Source: an uncultured Erysipelotrichaceae bacterium
GTDB lineage: Bacteria; Bacillota_I; Bacilli_A; RFN20; CAG-826
Length of the DNA: 64,000 bases
NCBI GenBank assembly: GCA_902773005.1
Contig: CACYCS010000128.1
Coordinates: 1,252 to 65,251 of the forward strand
Direction: 5' to 3'
Below the pieces are notes generated by a model. That model ran no database searches. It was not told the DNA's origin and saw only the letters and a list, made by a program, of their open reading frames with translations. Positions 18,774 to 27,922 of this stretch are shown here, one piece after another; position 1 is the first letter of the stretch; each line of letters opens with the position of its first letter. The translations under genes were made by a program, and so were the position numbers.

Positions 18774-20201
18774 ATGATTTTAGTCGGAAGAGAAAACGAA
18801 AGGTCCATGCTGTTGAACGCTTATAGCAGTTTCAAACCGGAATTTGCCGTCATATATGGCAGGAGAAGGGTCGGCAAAACTTATCTTGTGGATGCGACTT
18901 TCGATGGCAAATACGCTTTTCGACACAGCGCCCTACCGCCTGCTACCGATGTCGGGCAAAGTGAGATGAGCCCGCTTCAAAGGCAACTCACGCATTTCTA
19001 TTACTCATTGCTTTCCTTCGGTCTGAAGCCTACGAAAAAACCAAAGAACTGGGCCGAGGCGTTCTATTTGCTGGAAACAATGCTTTCTAAGAAAGAAAAC
19101 GAACGACTCGTCATCTTTTTAGACGAACTGCCTTGGTTCGACACGCCGAAGTCTGATTTCGTTTCCTATTTCGTCGGGTTCTGGAACAATTGGGCTTGTT
19201 TCCATAACGTCTTACTGATCGTTTCGGGTAGTTCAATTAGCTGGATAACCAACAAAATGTTCCTTGATCATGGCGGATTGTATGGCAGGCCTACGCTTCG
19301 CATTGGTCTATTGCCCTTCACCCTCAAGGAAACTGAACGGTTTCTCATTCAAAAGGGCGTCGTTCTTTCGCGTTACGACATCGCGCTTGCCTACATCTAT
19401 TTCGGAGGTATCCCTTATTACCTCGACATAATCCAGCCTGGGTTATCGCTCCCTCAAAGCATAGACCAAGCGTTCTTCGCTGAAAACGCACCGCTTCGAA
19501 ACGAGCTCGACAATCTCTTCAAGGCAAGTTTTGGACGTCCCGAAGCAATTCGAGACATTGTCTTGGCACTGAACACTAGGCGCGATGGCTTAACACGCGA
19601 CGAGATCCTGAAACAAATCGGCAAAGAAGACGGAGGCACGTTCTCAGAGAATATCAAATCCTTGGAACAAGCCAATTTTGTTTCGTCATATAAGCGCCTT
19701 GGCGAAGCGGACAAAAGATACCGTCTAATCGATGCGTTTTCAAAATTCGCGCTCCTATTCCAAGAAGGATTGGAAACCCATGACGAGCACTACTTCAGTA
19801 ACAATTCCAGCTCAGGCTCACTAAACGCGCTGAAAGGCTATGGCTTCGAAAATCTTTGTTTCAGCCATGTGCCGCAAATCAAATTTGCTTTAGGAATCAG
19901 CGGCGTAGCGTGTTCGGCCTACTCCTACTCGCTTAAAAAGGATGGTGCCCAAATCGACATGGTCTTGCAAAGGAAAGACAACATAGTGAATCTCTGCGAA
20001 ATGAAGTTCACCACCGAGCCTTATCGCCTCTCCAAGGAAGACGAAGAATCGACGCATCAAAAAGTAAGCGCGATAGAAAAGCTGATTCCTGATTCAAGCG
20101 CAGTCCATCCTGTATTGGTCACTACCTATCCAGTTGGCTCAAGCAGATACCAATCGTTATTCGCGAAAACAATCACTCTCGATGATCTATTCGCCATCTA
20201 A
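18774..20201 (+). CDS. AAA+ ATPase (archaeal-ATPase/PF01637-like) with C-terminal DUF234-like E..D..ExK block; paralogue 1 of 5
   Basis: Walker A is YGRRRVGKTYL and Walker B is VIFLDELPWFDT. Further blocks are IVSGSSISW, GGLYGR and GGIPYYL. The C-terminus reads GFENLCFSH...AQIDMVLQRKDNIVNLCEMKF. A GGAGG RBS is present. Confidence 0.8.
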   Translation: MILVGRENERSMLLNAYSSFKPEFAVIYGRRRVGKTYLVDATFDGKYAFRHSALPPATDVGQSEMSPLQRQLTHFYYSLLSFGLKPTKKPKNWAEAFYLLETMLSKKENERLVIFLDELPWFDTPKSDFVSYFVGFWNNWACFHNVLLIVSGSSISWITNKMFLDHGGLYGRPTLRIGLLPFTLKETERFLIQKGVVLSRYDIALAYIYFGGIPYYLDIIQPGLSLPQSIDQAFFAENAPLRNELDNLFKASFGRPEAIRDIVLALNTRRDGLTRDEILKQIGKEDGGTFSENIKSLEQANFVSSYKRLGEADKRYRLIDAFSKFALLFQEGLETHDEHYFSNNSSSGSLNALKGYGFENLCFSHVPQIKFALGISGVACSAYSYSLKKDGAQIDMVLQRKDNIVNLCEMKFTTEPYRLSKEDEESTHQKVSAIEKLIPDSSAVHPVLVTTYPVGSSRYQSLFAKTITLDDLFAI

Positions 20202-20315
20202 ATATAATCTTCAAAGATTGAAATACGCCCCGAGTTCCATGACGTTGGAATTCGGGGTATTTTTCATGCGATATTTGTCAAAATTAATAAATAGTAACAG
20301 CAAAAAATGGAAATG

Positions 20316-20370
20316 AAAAAATGCAATTACCTGTTTTTCCATAAGTTACTTCAAAGTAATTGCATTTTTT
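20316..20370. terminator. Bidirectional terminator hairpin between convergent genes
   Basis: Perfect 15-bp arms AAAAAATGCAATTAC (20316-20330) and GTAATTGCATTTTTT (20356-20370), with A/T runs on both sides. Confidence 0.6.
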
Positions 20371-20406
20371 ACGTGAATATTTAACAGGAAAACTGATTAA
20401 TTTGAA

Positions 20407-21594
20407 TCAGAAATACTTGAGCGTGACGACCTTGCCCATCTTCTTTAAAGCGGATGCAAGTTCGTCGACAATCTTCATTTTTCTCTTGAAGCCAAACCCG
20501 AATTCCTCATCTTGATGAGCAGGATTGACCGCGTAGCCGACGTAGAAGACAATGTCCGTCGCGTTGTCGAAGAGGATTTTGGCGATAAGCGAGGCCCCAT
20601 CGTCTTTGAGGTTCCAAGAAGCATATTCGTGAGCGCTTCCAATGTAATCGTTTGCATACGCCAATACTTTGCTCAAAGTTACGATTCCCTCTGTCGCAAG
20701 GTCAACGCCTTTGATATCTGAAATCGGCGGAATGTCGGGATCTCCTGACTCATAGCCACCTTTGATTTCTGAATGGAGATGATTCGCAACGACTTGGCAA
20801 GTCGTCCCGCCAGAAACAATATGGAATCCCGGAAGCTCCAAAAATCCGCCTATAACGGCTTCATCATCTTCTTTCTTTGTCGGTGGGCCAAATAGGATAT
20901 TTGCCTGATATGGTTCTCTTCTTTTGACGGTGAGGCAAGTTGTATCATCGCCTGGCTTTCCGTCATAAAGCGACGCGCAATGATCGATTAGGATCGTCGC
21001 AACGCTTTTCGCGGAGATCCACTTGCTGTAATTGGCTTTGAGGTAAGCCGCAATCGCATCGCGGTCCCACAAGAAGTTCAGCGTCTTCTCGTTCCCGGCG
21101 TAAACCGCGCCGTCAGAGAACATCGAAAGCTGGTCGCCAACTTCCAAATAAGTTACGGCCTTGTGTATCCTTTTGCCAGAAAGTTCCATCTCTTTGTAAT
21201 GGAGATCCATAATCTGGCCGTTCTTGATAAATACAGGGTCAGGATTATCGAAATTGTAGATGGTCGTTAGATAATCCCGGTCGATCTTGCAGATCGTGAA
21301 GGTACAATAGGCCACATTGCCCCTATCGCGGGCAAGAGGCAAAGTCTCAATGAGCGAGCTCACGCATTCTTCAAGCGGAATCCCACCCTGAACCATGCGC
21401 GAAAGCATCGCCGAAGTAAGAGTAGACAAAATGGAGGCTACAACACCTGACCCGATGCCGTCCGCCAAAACTAGGGTTAGGCTACCATCATCGCCACGAG
21501 CGACTTGGACATGATCCCCGCAAAGCTCCTCGCCTGCGTGATTAATGGAAAGGTAGCCGTAATCGATTCTCCCTTCCTCATTCATCGTCTTCAT
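20407..21594 (-). CDS. PP2C/SpoIIE-family protein phosphatase with an extra C-terminal domain
   Basis: GEELCGDHV...LVLADGIGSGVVASILS...MFSDGAVYAG...DDTTCLTV are SpoIIE-type metal-binding Asp motifs. The start overlaps the hydS-like stop by 17 nt. Confidence 0.8.
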   Translation of the reverse strand: MKTMNEEGRIDYGYLSINHAGEELCGDHVQVARGDDGSLTLVLADGIGSGVVASILSTLTSAMLSRMVQGGIPLEECVSSLIETLPLARDRGNVAYCTFTICKIDRDYLTTIYNFDNPDPVFIKNGQIMDLHYKEMELSGKRIHKAVTYLEVGDQLSMFSDGAVYAGNEKTLNFLWDRDAIAAYLKANYSKWISAKSVATILIDHCASLYDGKPGDDTTCLTVKRREPYQANILFGPPTKKEDDEAVIGGFLELPGFHIVSGGTTCQVVANHLHSEIKGGYESGDPDIPPISDIKGVDLATEGIVTLSKVLAYANDYIGSAHEYASWNLKDDGASLIAKILFDNATDIVFYVGYAVNPAHQDEEFGFGFKRKMKIVDELASALKKMGKVVTLKYF

Positions 21595-23266
21595 CCTCCT
21601 GAAGCGATTTCTCGAGGTTTACCAAAGCGATTTTCGTCTCAGCCGCAGACTCGCCAAGCAGCTGCGCTATCTCTTGTACGGCGCGCATATTCTTGCTGAT
21701 GATTGACGTTGTGATCTCCGCCGTTTTTTCAATTCTTTCCGCCTTTGCTTTCTTCGCTTTTTCTTCGTTTGTAACGTCGCGGAACATCGCGATTAGAATG
21801 TGATATCTAGTTTGGAACGAAAGCGTGATTTCAAAAATCTTATCACTGCCTAAAAGTTCAAGTTTCATCGGAGGAATATTCTTTCCGTCAAACGCATCCG
21901 CGAATGGAGCGACGTCAAAATATTCAAACACTGGCGTTGAAAGCAACTCATCCTGTTTTTTGCCCATCATTTTAGCAAGGGAAGGATTGACTAAAGTGAA
22001 CTCAAAAGTCTCATTGATGACCGCCATCCCGTTCTTACTTCCCTCCACGACGGTTGAAGCGAAGGAACGCTCCTTTTCCATGAGATAAGGCAGACACATC
22101 TCTAGGCTCGCTTTGCCTTGCAAAACCGCGATCGCCTTCTCTCTGCAGGAAGCGTAACCGCAAGAAGAGCAATTGAGTTCATCCTTCTTGCTGGTCTTTC
22201 CGATCTTGCGAAGGATCTTCGCGATATCTTCTTCCTTGGGCGTCGCAACGTAGAAAGCCTGATTATGGAACGACTTGGCTAAATCATTCTCTTCGTAGTC
22301 GGCTGTCCTAAAGTCTTTCTTGCCCGCGGAACGTTTGACTTCGATCAAAGCCGCCGCAAAGCTTCTGGCTGCGGGCCTTATCGCTGGGCCGTTGATGCAA
22401 GAGCCGGGGCAAGAAGACATCTCGATGAAGGCGCGATGCACCTTTCCTTCGATCACGTCTTTGAGCGTGGTCAAACAGTTCTCCATCCCCGATACGGCGA
22501 TATATTCGTAATCGGGGTTGTCCTTGACCATCGTCTCAAGGATCCCTCCTTCGATCGGGAATAGCCTCGCTAAGCTTTCTTCGACTTTCTTAGGATCTTC
22601 GTCCTTCCTGACCTTAATCCCTTTCTCTTCGAGCAATTCGTCTAGCTCAAGATAAGTGAGCACGCAATCGTCATAGCCATCATATCGATCGAGTTCGTTC
22701 TTCTTCGAGATGCAGGGCCCAAGGAATATGACGCTGCAGCCGGGGTGACGGGCTTTGATATCCTTCGCATGCGCCTGCATTGGCGAGAGGATATGGGCCA
22801 AATACTTCTCCGCGGCGGGGAAATGCTTCTCCACCAATAGGTTGACCGAGTGGCAGCAGGTCGAGATGATCACGTCTTGCTTCGCGGAATCCACGAGCTT
22901 GTCATACTCTTTCTTGACGATCGTCGCCCCAATCGCGGTCTCCTCGGCATCCATAAATCCTAGCTTCAGAAGCGCTTCCTTCATCGTAACGAAAGAGGCG
23001 CCTGGATAAGAAGCCAAAAAGCTAGGCGCGATCGAAGCGATGCAATTGCCTTTTGCAAGCAGCGACTTCGCTTCCGCCTTATCGTCCCTTATCTTCTTGC
23101 ATTGCTGGGGGCAGGCTAAGTAGCATCTCCCGCAATAGACGCATTCATCGGGAATGATCGATGCTTGCCCATTCTGAAACGATATCGACTTCGTCGGACA
23201 GGAACGGATGCATTTATAGCAACTCCTGCAATCGTTCTCTAGGCTAGTGAGTGCGAGGCTTCTCAT
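21578..23266 (-). CDS. hydS: Sensory [FeFe]-hydrogenase-like protein (HydS / group C type): 2x[4Fe-4S] ferredoxin + H-domain + Cx2Cx4Cx16C + PAS
   Basis: Ferredoxin motifs are CRSCYKCIRSCP and CVYCGRCYLACP. H-cluster motifs are STCCHS, GPCISKKNE and EMSSCPGSCINGP. The extra cluster motif is CSSCGYASC-x16-C. A C-terminal PAS-like region follows. RBS GGAGAAACC precedes ATG 23266. Confidence 0.8.
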   Translation of the reverse strand: MRSLALTSLENDCRSCYKCIRSCPTKSISFQNGQASIIPDECVYCGRCYLACPQQCKKIRDDKAEAKSLLAKGNCIASIAPSFLASYPGASFVTMKEALLKLGFMDAEETAIGATIVKKEYDKLVDSAKQDVIISTCCHSVNLLVEKHFPAAEKYLAHILSPMQAHAKDIKARHPGCSVIFLGPCISKKNELDRYDGYDDCVLTYLELDELLEEKGIKVRKDEDPKKVEESLARLFPIEGGILETMVKDNPDYEYIAVSGMENCLTTLKDVIEGKVHRAFIEMSSCPGSCINGPAIRPAARSFAAALIEVKRSAGKKDFRTADYEENDLAKSFHNQAFYVATPKEEDIAKILRKIGKTSKKDELNCSSCGYASCREKAIAVLQGKASLEMCLPYLMEKERSFASTVVEGSKNGMAVINETFEFTLVNPSLAKMMGKKQDELLSTPVFEYFDVAPFADAFDGKNIPPMKLELLGSDKIFEITLSFQTRYHILIAMFRDVTNEEKAKKAKAERIEKTAEITTSIISKNMRAVQEIAQLLGESAAETKIALVNLEKSLQEDEDDE

Positions 23267-23447
23267 ATGGTTTCTCCTTCTAGGGCTTGGACCCAAACTT
23301 AAAACGCACTCGCATGTTACTCCGCGCGTGCGTGTGATTCAATTATCGGATAAACAAATTCTAGCGGCGAACAGCCTGCCATTAAGCGCAAGCCAATTAC
23401 CGATAAGGGATTCTCGGCGTCTATCGAAGCTAGGCCAAAACACGGCT

Positions 23448-24092
23448 CTAATCAAGGCCTAATCCTTCCATATTCGCCTCGCAAAACTCGATTACGCGCC
23501 TCATTTGTTGCTCCTGTTCTTCCAGTGCCTGCAGATTGCCTTTCAAAAGAGCGAGTCGCTGCATGGCAACCTCTGATCGGATTTTTCCCGCATCAAATTC
23601 ACGTTGAATCGCTTTTGCGCCCGAACGGATTCGATCCTTCTGTTGCTCCATCAATCGTAGCTTAACCCTGTTTGAAAGGATATCAGCCGCTACACTTGCG
23701 ACTTTCGGTGATTCGAATAGCATTTGGTAACGTGTCTCACTCAGCCGATCCATCTGATTCATAAGGAAGCCAAGTTTTTCATCAAGCACGCAAGGATCAT
23801 CGTGGAGAGATAAAGATTGAGCGATGGAATTAAGGGTCTCCATTAGGAATCCCTCGATTCCTTTTAGCGCTTCCTCAGTGCAGGAGAACTTCAAGTCGCT
23901 GAATGTAGCGTTAGCAGCCTGCAGACGCTCCGCCGCCTCAAGCGAATCCGCGCTACTCGCAATGCCTTTCAGGCGAATGATCTCGTCCGTCACTTTCTTT
24001 CGGACTTCATTTTCCGCGGATTCATCCGCGATTATCGCATAATCGATATGCTCGACAGATTTGTTCCGGTCGCGCTTTCTAAAGAAACTCAT
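23448..24092 (-). CDS. Hypothetical coiled-coil protein
   Basis: Likely start is MSFFRKRD at 24092, with AAGGGGA upstream. It is helical and coiled-coil rich with no TM segment. Confidence 0.5.
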   Translation of the reverse strand: MSFFRKRDRNKSVEHIDYAIIADESAENEVRKKVTDEIIRLKGIASSADSLEAAERLQAANATFSDLKFSCTEEALKGIEGFLMETLNSIAQSLSLHDDPCVLDEKLGFLMNQMDRLSETRYQMLFESPKVASVAADILSNRVKLRLMEQQKDRIRSGAKAIQREFDAGKIRSEVAMQRLALLKGNLQALEEQEQQMRRVIEFCEANMEGLGLD

Positions 24093-24190
24093 ATTCGTCC
24101 CCTTTTTGTGTATTGTAACGCTTAAGAAGTTATCCGTTAACACGTTGAAACTATATCGCTACAGCGATACAATTTAATTGGAGAAAAACG

Positions 24191-24865
24191 ATGAGAATCT
24201 ATCATGGATCAAATCACATCATTGAGACCCCAATCTGGAACGGTAGCAAGCCAAGGAACGATTATGGGCCTGGCTTTTACGCGACCGAAAGCATTGAACT
24301 CGCCAAGGAATGGGCTTGCGGAAGAGGGAACGATGGATTTGCGAACGCCTATGATTTCGATATGGATGGGCTGAATGTCTTGCGCCTGAACGAAGGGGAC
24401 TACAATATCCTGAATTGGCTTGCGGTTCTCGCCAAACACCGCACCTATTGGCAAAACGGGAGCATCGCTGAAGAGGCGAAAGACTATCTAGAGGCCCATT
24501 TCGGCATCGATCTATCGCCTTATGACGTCATCATCGGCTATCGGGCGGATGACTCCTATTTCTCGTTTGCCCAGGATTTTGTTTCCAACGTGATATCCCT
24601 TAGAAAGCTATCCGAGGCGATGCGCCTAGGGAAGCTAGGGGAGCAAGTCGTGCTCAAAAGCAAAGCCGCGTTCGAAAGAATCCGCTTCGTTTCATCGGAA
24701 ATCGCCCCTGCGGACATCTATTACCAAAGGAAGGTGCAACGAGATCTAGAGGCCAGAAGGCAATACCGGTTCGATGTGAAGGCGAAGAAAGACACCATCC
24801 GCGATCTATTCATGATCGACATCATGAGGGAGGGCATTGAAAATGGCGATCCGCGCTTACGATGA
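24191..24865 (+). CDS. DUF3990-family protein (copy 1)
   Basis: MRIYHGSNHIIETP...NDYGPGFYATESIELAKEWA...IIGYRADDSYF are the characteristic YHGS, GFY and GYRADDSYF blocks. Confidence 0.75.
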   Translation: MRIYHGSNHIIETPIWNGSKPRNDYGPGFYATESIELAKEWACGRGNDGFANAYDFDMDGLNVLRLNEGDYNILNWLAVLAKHRTYWQNGSIAEEAKDYLEAHFGIDLSPYDVIIGYRADDSYFSFAQDFVSNVISLRKLSEAMRLGKLGEQVVLKSKAAFERIRFVSSEIAPADIYYQRKVQRDLEARRQYRFDVKAKKDTIRDLFMIDIMREGIENGDPRLR

Positions 24866-25508
24866 AGTCTATTTGGGTTCCGCCCAAAAGATATTGGGCG
24901 AGGCGTTTGATTTCGCGATCGTCGCTTTAGGGATTGAGCCAGGCGTTTTCGCCCAAGCGTTCTGCGCTTCCGCCGCCTCCAAGCAATTTGCTCGTGGCAA
25001 TCCGCGCTACATCGCCGGCAGTAACGGATGCGAATTCGCTAGGGAAGTGCTATTGGGCGCAGGGATTTCTTTTTCCGATGCCGATGACGATATCCCACTA
25101 GACAAAAGCCCGGAATATTGGGCTGGGTGGGCGCTATGCTACTACCAGTGGCTAAGGGCTTTTAGCTTTGAAGAAATCTTCGAAGCGGTCGATCTCGTTT
25201 GGGTTATCAGCCTTTACCCCGCCTATCATGAGATGGACGTTTCGCAGTTCGTTGATCTATTGGATTCGATGCTGGAGAAGGCGCGTCTCAAGACGCGACT
25301 TGCCAAGGCGCGGCAAAACTGTGGGATGTCGCAAAGCGCGTTGTCGCGCGAAAGCGGGGTTCCGATCCGTCAGATCCAGCTTTTCGAGCAGCGGCAAAGA
25401 GACATCAGCAAAACCTCGGGAGCCACCCTTCTTCGGATGGCGAAAGCCCTCCATTGCGATATCGAGGATCTATTGGAACGTAGCGAAATTCACCCTATAG
25501 GAACATGA
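24837..25508 (+). CDS. DUF3990-partner protein: DUF3791-like N-terminal region + C-terminal XRE-type HTH (copy 1)
   Basis: EYWAGWALCYY...LYPAYHEMDVSQF is followed by ARQNCGMSQSALSRESGVPIRQIQLFEQRQRDI. It overlaps the upstream gene by 29 nt. Confidence 0.65.
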   Translation: MKMAIRAYDEVYLGSAQKILGEAFDFAIVALGIEPGVFAQAFCASAASKQFARGNPRYIAGSNGCEFAREVLLGAGISFSDADDDIPLDKSPEYWAGWALCYYQWLRAFSFEEIFEAVDLVWVISLYPAYHEMDVSQFVDLLDSMLEKARLKTRLAKARQNCGMSQSALSRESGVPIRQIQLFEQRQRDISKTSGATLLRMAKALHCDIEDLLERSEIHPIGT

Positions 25509-25879
25509 TCGCGTAGATGGTTATCCTCTTTCTTTTGGTGCTCAGCCTAAATCAAAAGGCGGACACGCCCCTTAAGGTGTAACAATCATTCTGCAGGCAT
25601 CCGAATGGATTAGCTCTTCTTCGGGCGGCGCAGGCCAAGGCGGCCTTCGGGGCCATGGGCTACGAGATCCCGAGCGAGGTCAGGCTCGCGGATTTCGCCG
25701 CGATGGTGCTCGAGGGGAAACGCGAGGAGAAGCCCGAGAAGGCGAAGAGGGGGAGGAAGAAAAAAGCCCCTCGCCTCAGCTGAGGGCATGTAGTGTTGTG
25801 TTCGTCGCTCACGCTAGGCTCATTGTGCAAATAATGTCGGGACGCAACTCATAGAGCCCAAAAAAGCGGTATCGGCTTC

Positions 25880-26761
25880 CTAGAAGAGCAAGCCGTTAGA
25901 GAGAATATCGAATGTCTTCGCGGTTTTATACACCGCAAACCGCAGCAATAATTTCAGTTCATGGTCTTCGATGACCTTAACTTTGCTTTGATATACCAAT
26001 CGATTCGGAATGCCTAGCACCAAGCAAAATTCCCCGTCTTTCTCGTAGGACACCTTGAGATGTTCTTTTGTCTCAATCGAGAAATAGTCGCAGACGATAT
26101 CGCCTAAAACCTCAAGGAATAGTCCATCCTCGATAAGGGCATAGGTCAATAGGACAAAGGAGGTGTTCCTATGGAAATACACCTCATCCGCCCCAAGGGC
26201 TTCCTTGATTTTCGTAATCGAATCATAAGAAGCGGAGAATAGATGCTCATTGTCTTTCGCGTAATAACGTAGTGTCGTCTCGGCAATTCCAGTGAGCGCG
26301 CTCAAGGAAGAGACGCTCAAGTTATTTTTCCTTAGAAGCAACCTCAAGACAGGATTATCTTCCTCAATCTCAAGATAACGTTCTAGAAGACGAGACTCCC
26401 CCATCTCATGGTAGGGTTCATATAAGTCGACCATCGTGGATAATGGGCAACAGAGGAACGCTCTTTTTAGGGGTATGCCAAGATTCAAGAAGATGTTCAT
26501 GTATTGAATCCCTGCCCAATAAAGCGGCCCCATATCCTCTTTTTCTTCGTCTAGATACCTGCAGCCAAAGATCTTGAACACGATATCCTCAAGATTGCTG
26601 TTCATGAATTCTTCAGTCGACCCACCCTCAAAGAAATCGAAGTTGCTTAGAAGCAATTTCGCATTCATCGCTTCTAACGAAATATGGCAAAGGTGATAGG
26701 CATTAGAAAGAAGCTTTCCGAACCTGCGCTTCAGTTTATGCGCATCGATCATCTCAATCAT
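25880..26761 (-). CDS. DUF3990-partner protein with internal HTH (copy 2)
   Basis: LYWAGIQYMN...LYEPYHEMGESRL is followed by NNLSVSSLSALTGIAETTLRYYAKDNE, plus an extra ~110-aa C-terminal domain. It overlaps DUF3990 copy 2 by 4 nt. Confidence 0.6.
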   Translation of the reverse strand: MIEMIDAHKLKRRFGKLLSNAYHLCHISLEAMNAKLLLSNFDFFEGGSTEEFMNSNLEDIVFKIFGCRYLDEEKEDMGPLYWAGIQYMNIFLNLGIPLKRAFLCCPLSTMVDLYEPYHEMGESRLLERYLEIEEDNPVLRLLLRKNNLSVSSLSALTGIAETTLRYYAKDNEHLFSASYDSITKIKEALGADEVYFHRNTSFVLLTYALIEDGLFLEVLGDIVCDYFSIETKEHLKVSYEKDGEFCLVLGIPNRLVYQSKVKVIEDHELKLLLRFAVYKTAKTFDILSNGLLF

Positions 26762-27402
26762 CGCTTGCTCTCCCTTCTAATTAAGTCGCGGAGAAAGGTA
26801 TTATCCTCCGAATCAGCAACCCGTAGCTTTCTATATTCCGCGCGGGCTTTCGCGCGGAATAAGCGATACTCATCGCTAGGTTTTACTTCCTCGTGATTTA
26901 TATAACGGATGCGAGAAAAAACGCGCTCGCTGATAAGAACCGTCTGCATCCCTAACTTCCCTAGATGCATCGCTTCCTCGAGGGATTCTAAGGAGAGGTC
27001 ATCCGCCATAAAATCAATGGAATAGTCGAAATAGCTATCGTCCGCCCTGTAGCCAACGATCACATCATATTCGGATGTGTCGATCGGGAAACGCTCCTTC
27101 AGCCAATCGATTCTCTTTTTATAAGTCGCCCGTAGTTCCTTCGAGAAGCGATGCTCCACAAGTATTGCGATCCAAGACAAGACATCCTTCTCCGTAAGGG
27201 TATTGAGATAAAGCACCTTCAGTCCATTTATGTCCACATCGTATTCCATGAGGTAACCGGTGTGGCTTGACTTCGATGCCCATAATCTTGCAGCTTCCTT
27301 GTCCTTAGTTAGATAAAAGCCCACCCCATAGTCATTCGTGGGGTTGCCCACCCCGAATACAGGCTTTAGTAGCAAACTTTCCGATCCGTAATAGAATTTC
27401 AT
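26758..27402 (-). CDS. DUF3990-family protein (copy 2)
   Basis: MKFYYGSESLLLKP...NDYGVGFYLTKDKEAARLWA...IVGYRADDSYF. Confidence 0.75.
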   Translation of the reverse strand: MKFYYGSESLLLKPVFGVGNPTNDYGVGFYLTKDKEAARLWASKSSHTGYLMEYDVDINGLKVLYLNTLTEKDVLSWIAILVEHRFSKELRATYKKRIDWLKERFPIDTSEYDVIVGYRADDSYFDYSIDFMADDLSLESLEEAMHLGKLGMQTVLISERVFSRIRYINHEEVKPSDEYRLFRAKARAEYRKLRVADSEDNTFLRDLIRRESKR

Positions 27403-27495
27403 GGGATTATTCTAAATCTTTGATAGTGTGCTATCAAGATTTCTAGAGATTCAATTGTTCTATTATGCAATCGTGATACTAGGCTATTAGACGCA

Positions 27496-27525
27496 ACCAA
27501 AAACAAAAGGCGGACACGCCGCCTT
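27496..27525 (-). terminator. Rho-independent terminator of the XRE-lipoprotein operon
   Basis: Stem AAGGCGG (27507-27513) pairs with CCGCCTT (27519-27525). On the minus strand it is followed by TTTTGTTTTT. Confidence 0.7.
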
Positions 27526-27543
27526 AAGTTATGGTGATTGCCT

Positions 27544-27921
27544 TTAGAGAAGCTCAGCAGCTTCATTTACGACCGCATCCATTTGCAATTGTAGTCTGTT
27601 GTTATGGGAGTCGATCTTCTCTTTCTGCGAGTTCTTGGCCAGCAGATAGATGACGAGGGGAAAGACGAAAAGGAAGAACAGGGCGATGCCGATCAAGGGA
27701 TCTGCAGGTTCATAGGTCTTCTTCTGCGCCTTGAGCGAGAAGTATTTGGCTTCTAACGCCGCAAGGAGGCGATAGTTCTCGCGGTCCATGTCGCGCGCAA
27801 CGACGTATTCGGTGTGACTCGACCTGCCGCGATGCACTCTCCTGGTTTCGCTTTGCTGCCATCCGAATTTCTCGTATTCGGCAACCGTGTTTTGCCCAAT
27901 GGTTTTCGTTTCGATTCTCAC
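27544..27921 (-). CDS. Small single-pass membrane protein
   Basis: 125 aa with a TM segment LIGIALFFLFVFPLVIYLL. The start lies 1 nt after the lipoprotein stop. Confidence 0.55.
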   Translation of the reverse strand: MRIETKTIGQNTVAEYEKFGWQQSETRRVHRGRSSHTEYVVARDMDRENYRLLAALEAKYFSLKAQKKTYEPADPLIGIALFFLFVFPLVIYLLAKNSQKEKIDSHNNRLQLQMDAVVNEAAELL

Positions 27922-27922
27922 C

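Noticed and set aside
24837-25508. An alternative-frame ORF (25168-25500) and an antisense ORF (25257-25454) within the DUF3990 partner gene.
   Set aside because: Both are Arg/Ser-rich translations without motifs. The annotated frame carries a clear XRE HTH and paralogy to 25880-26761.
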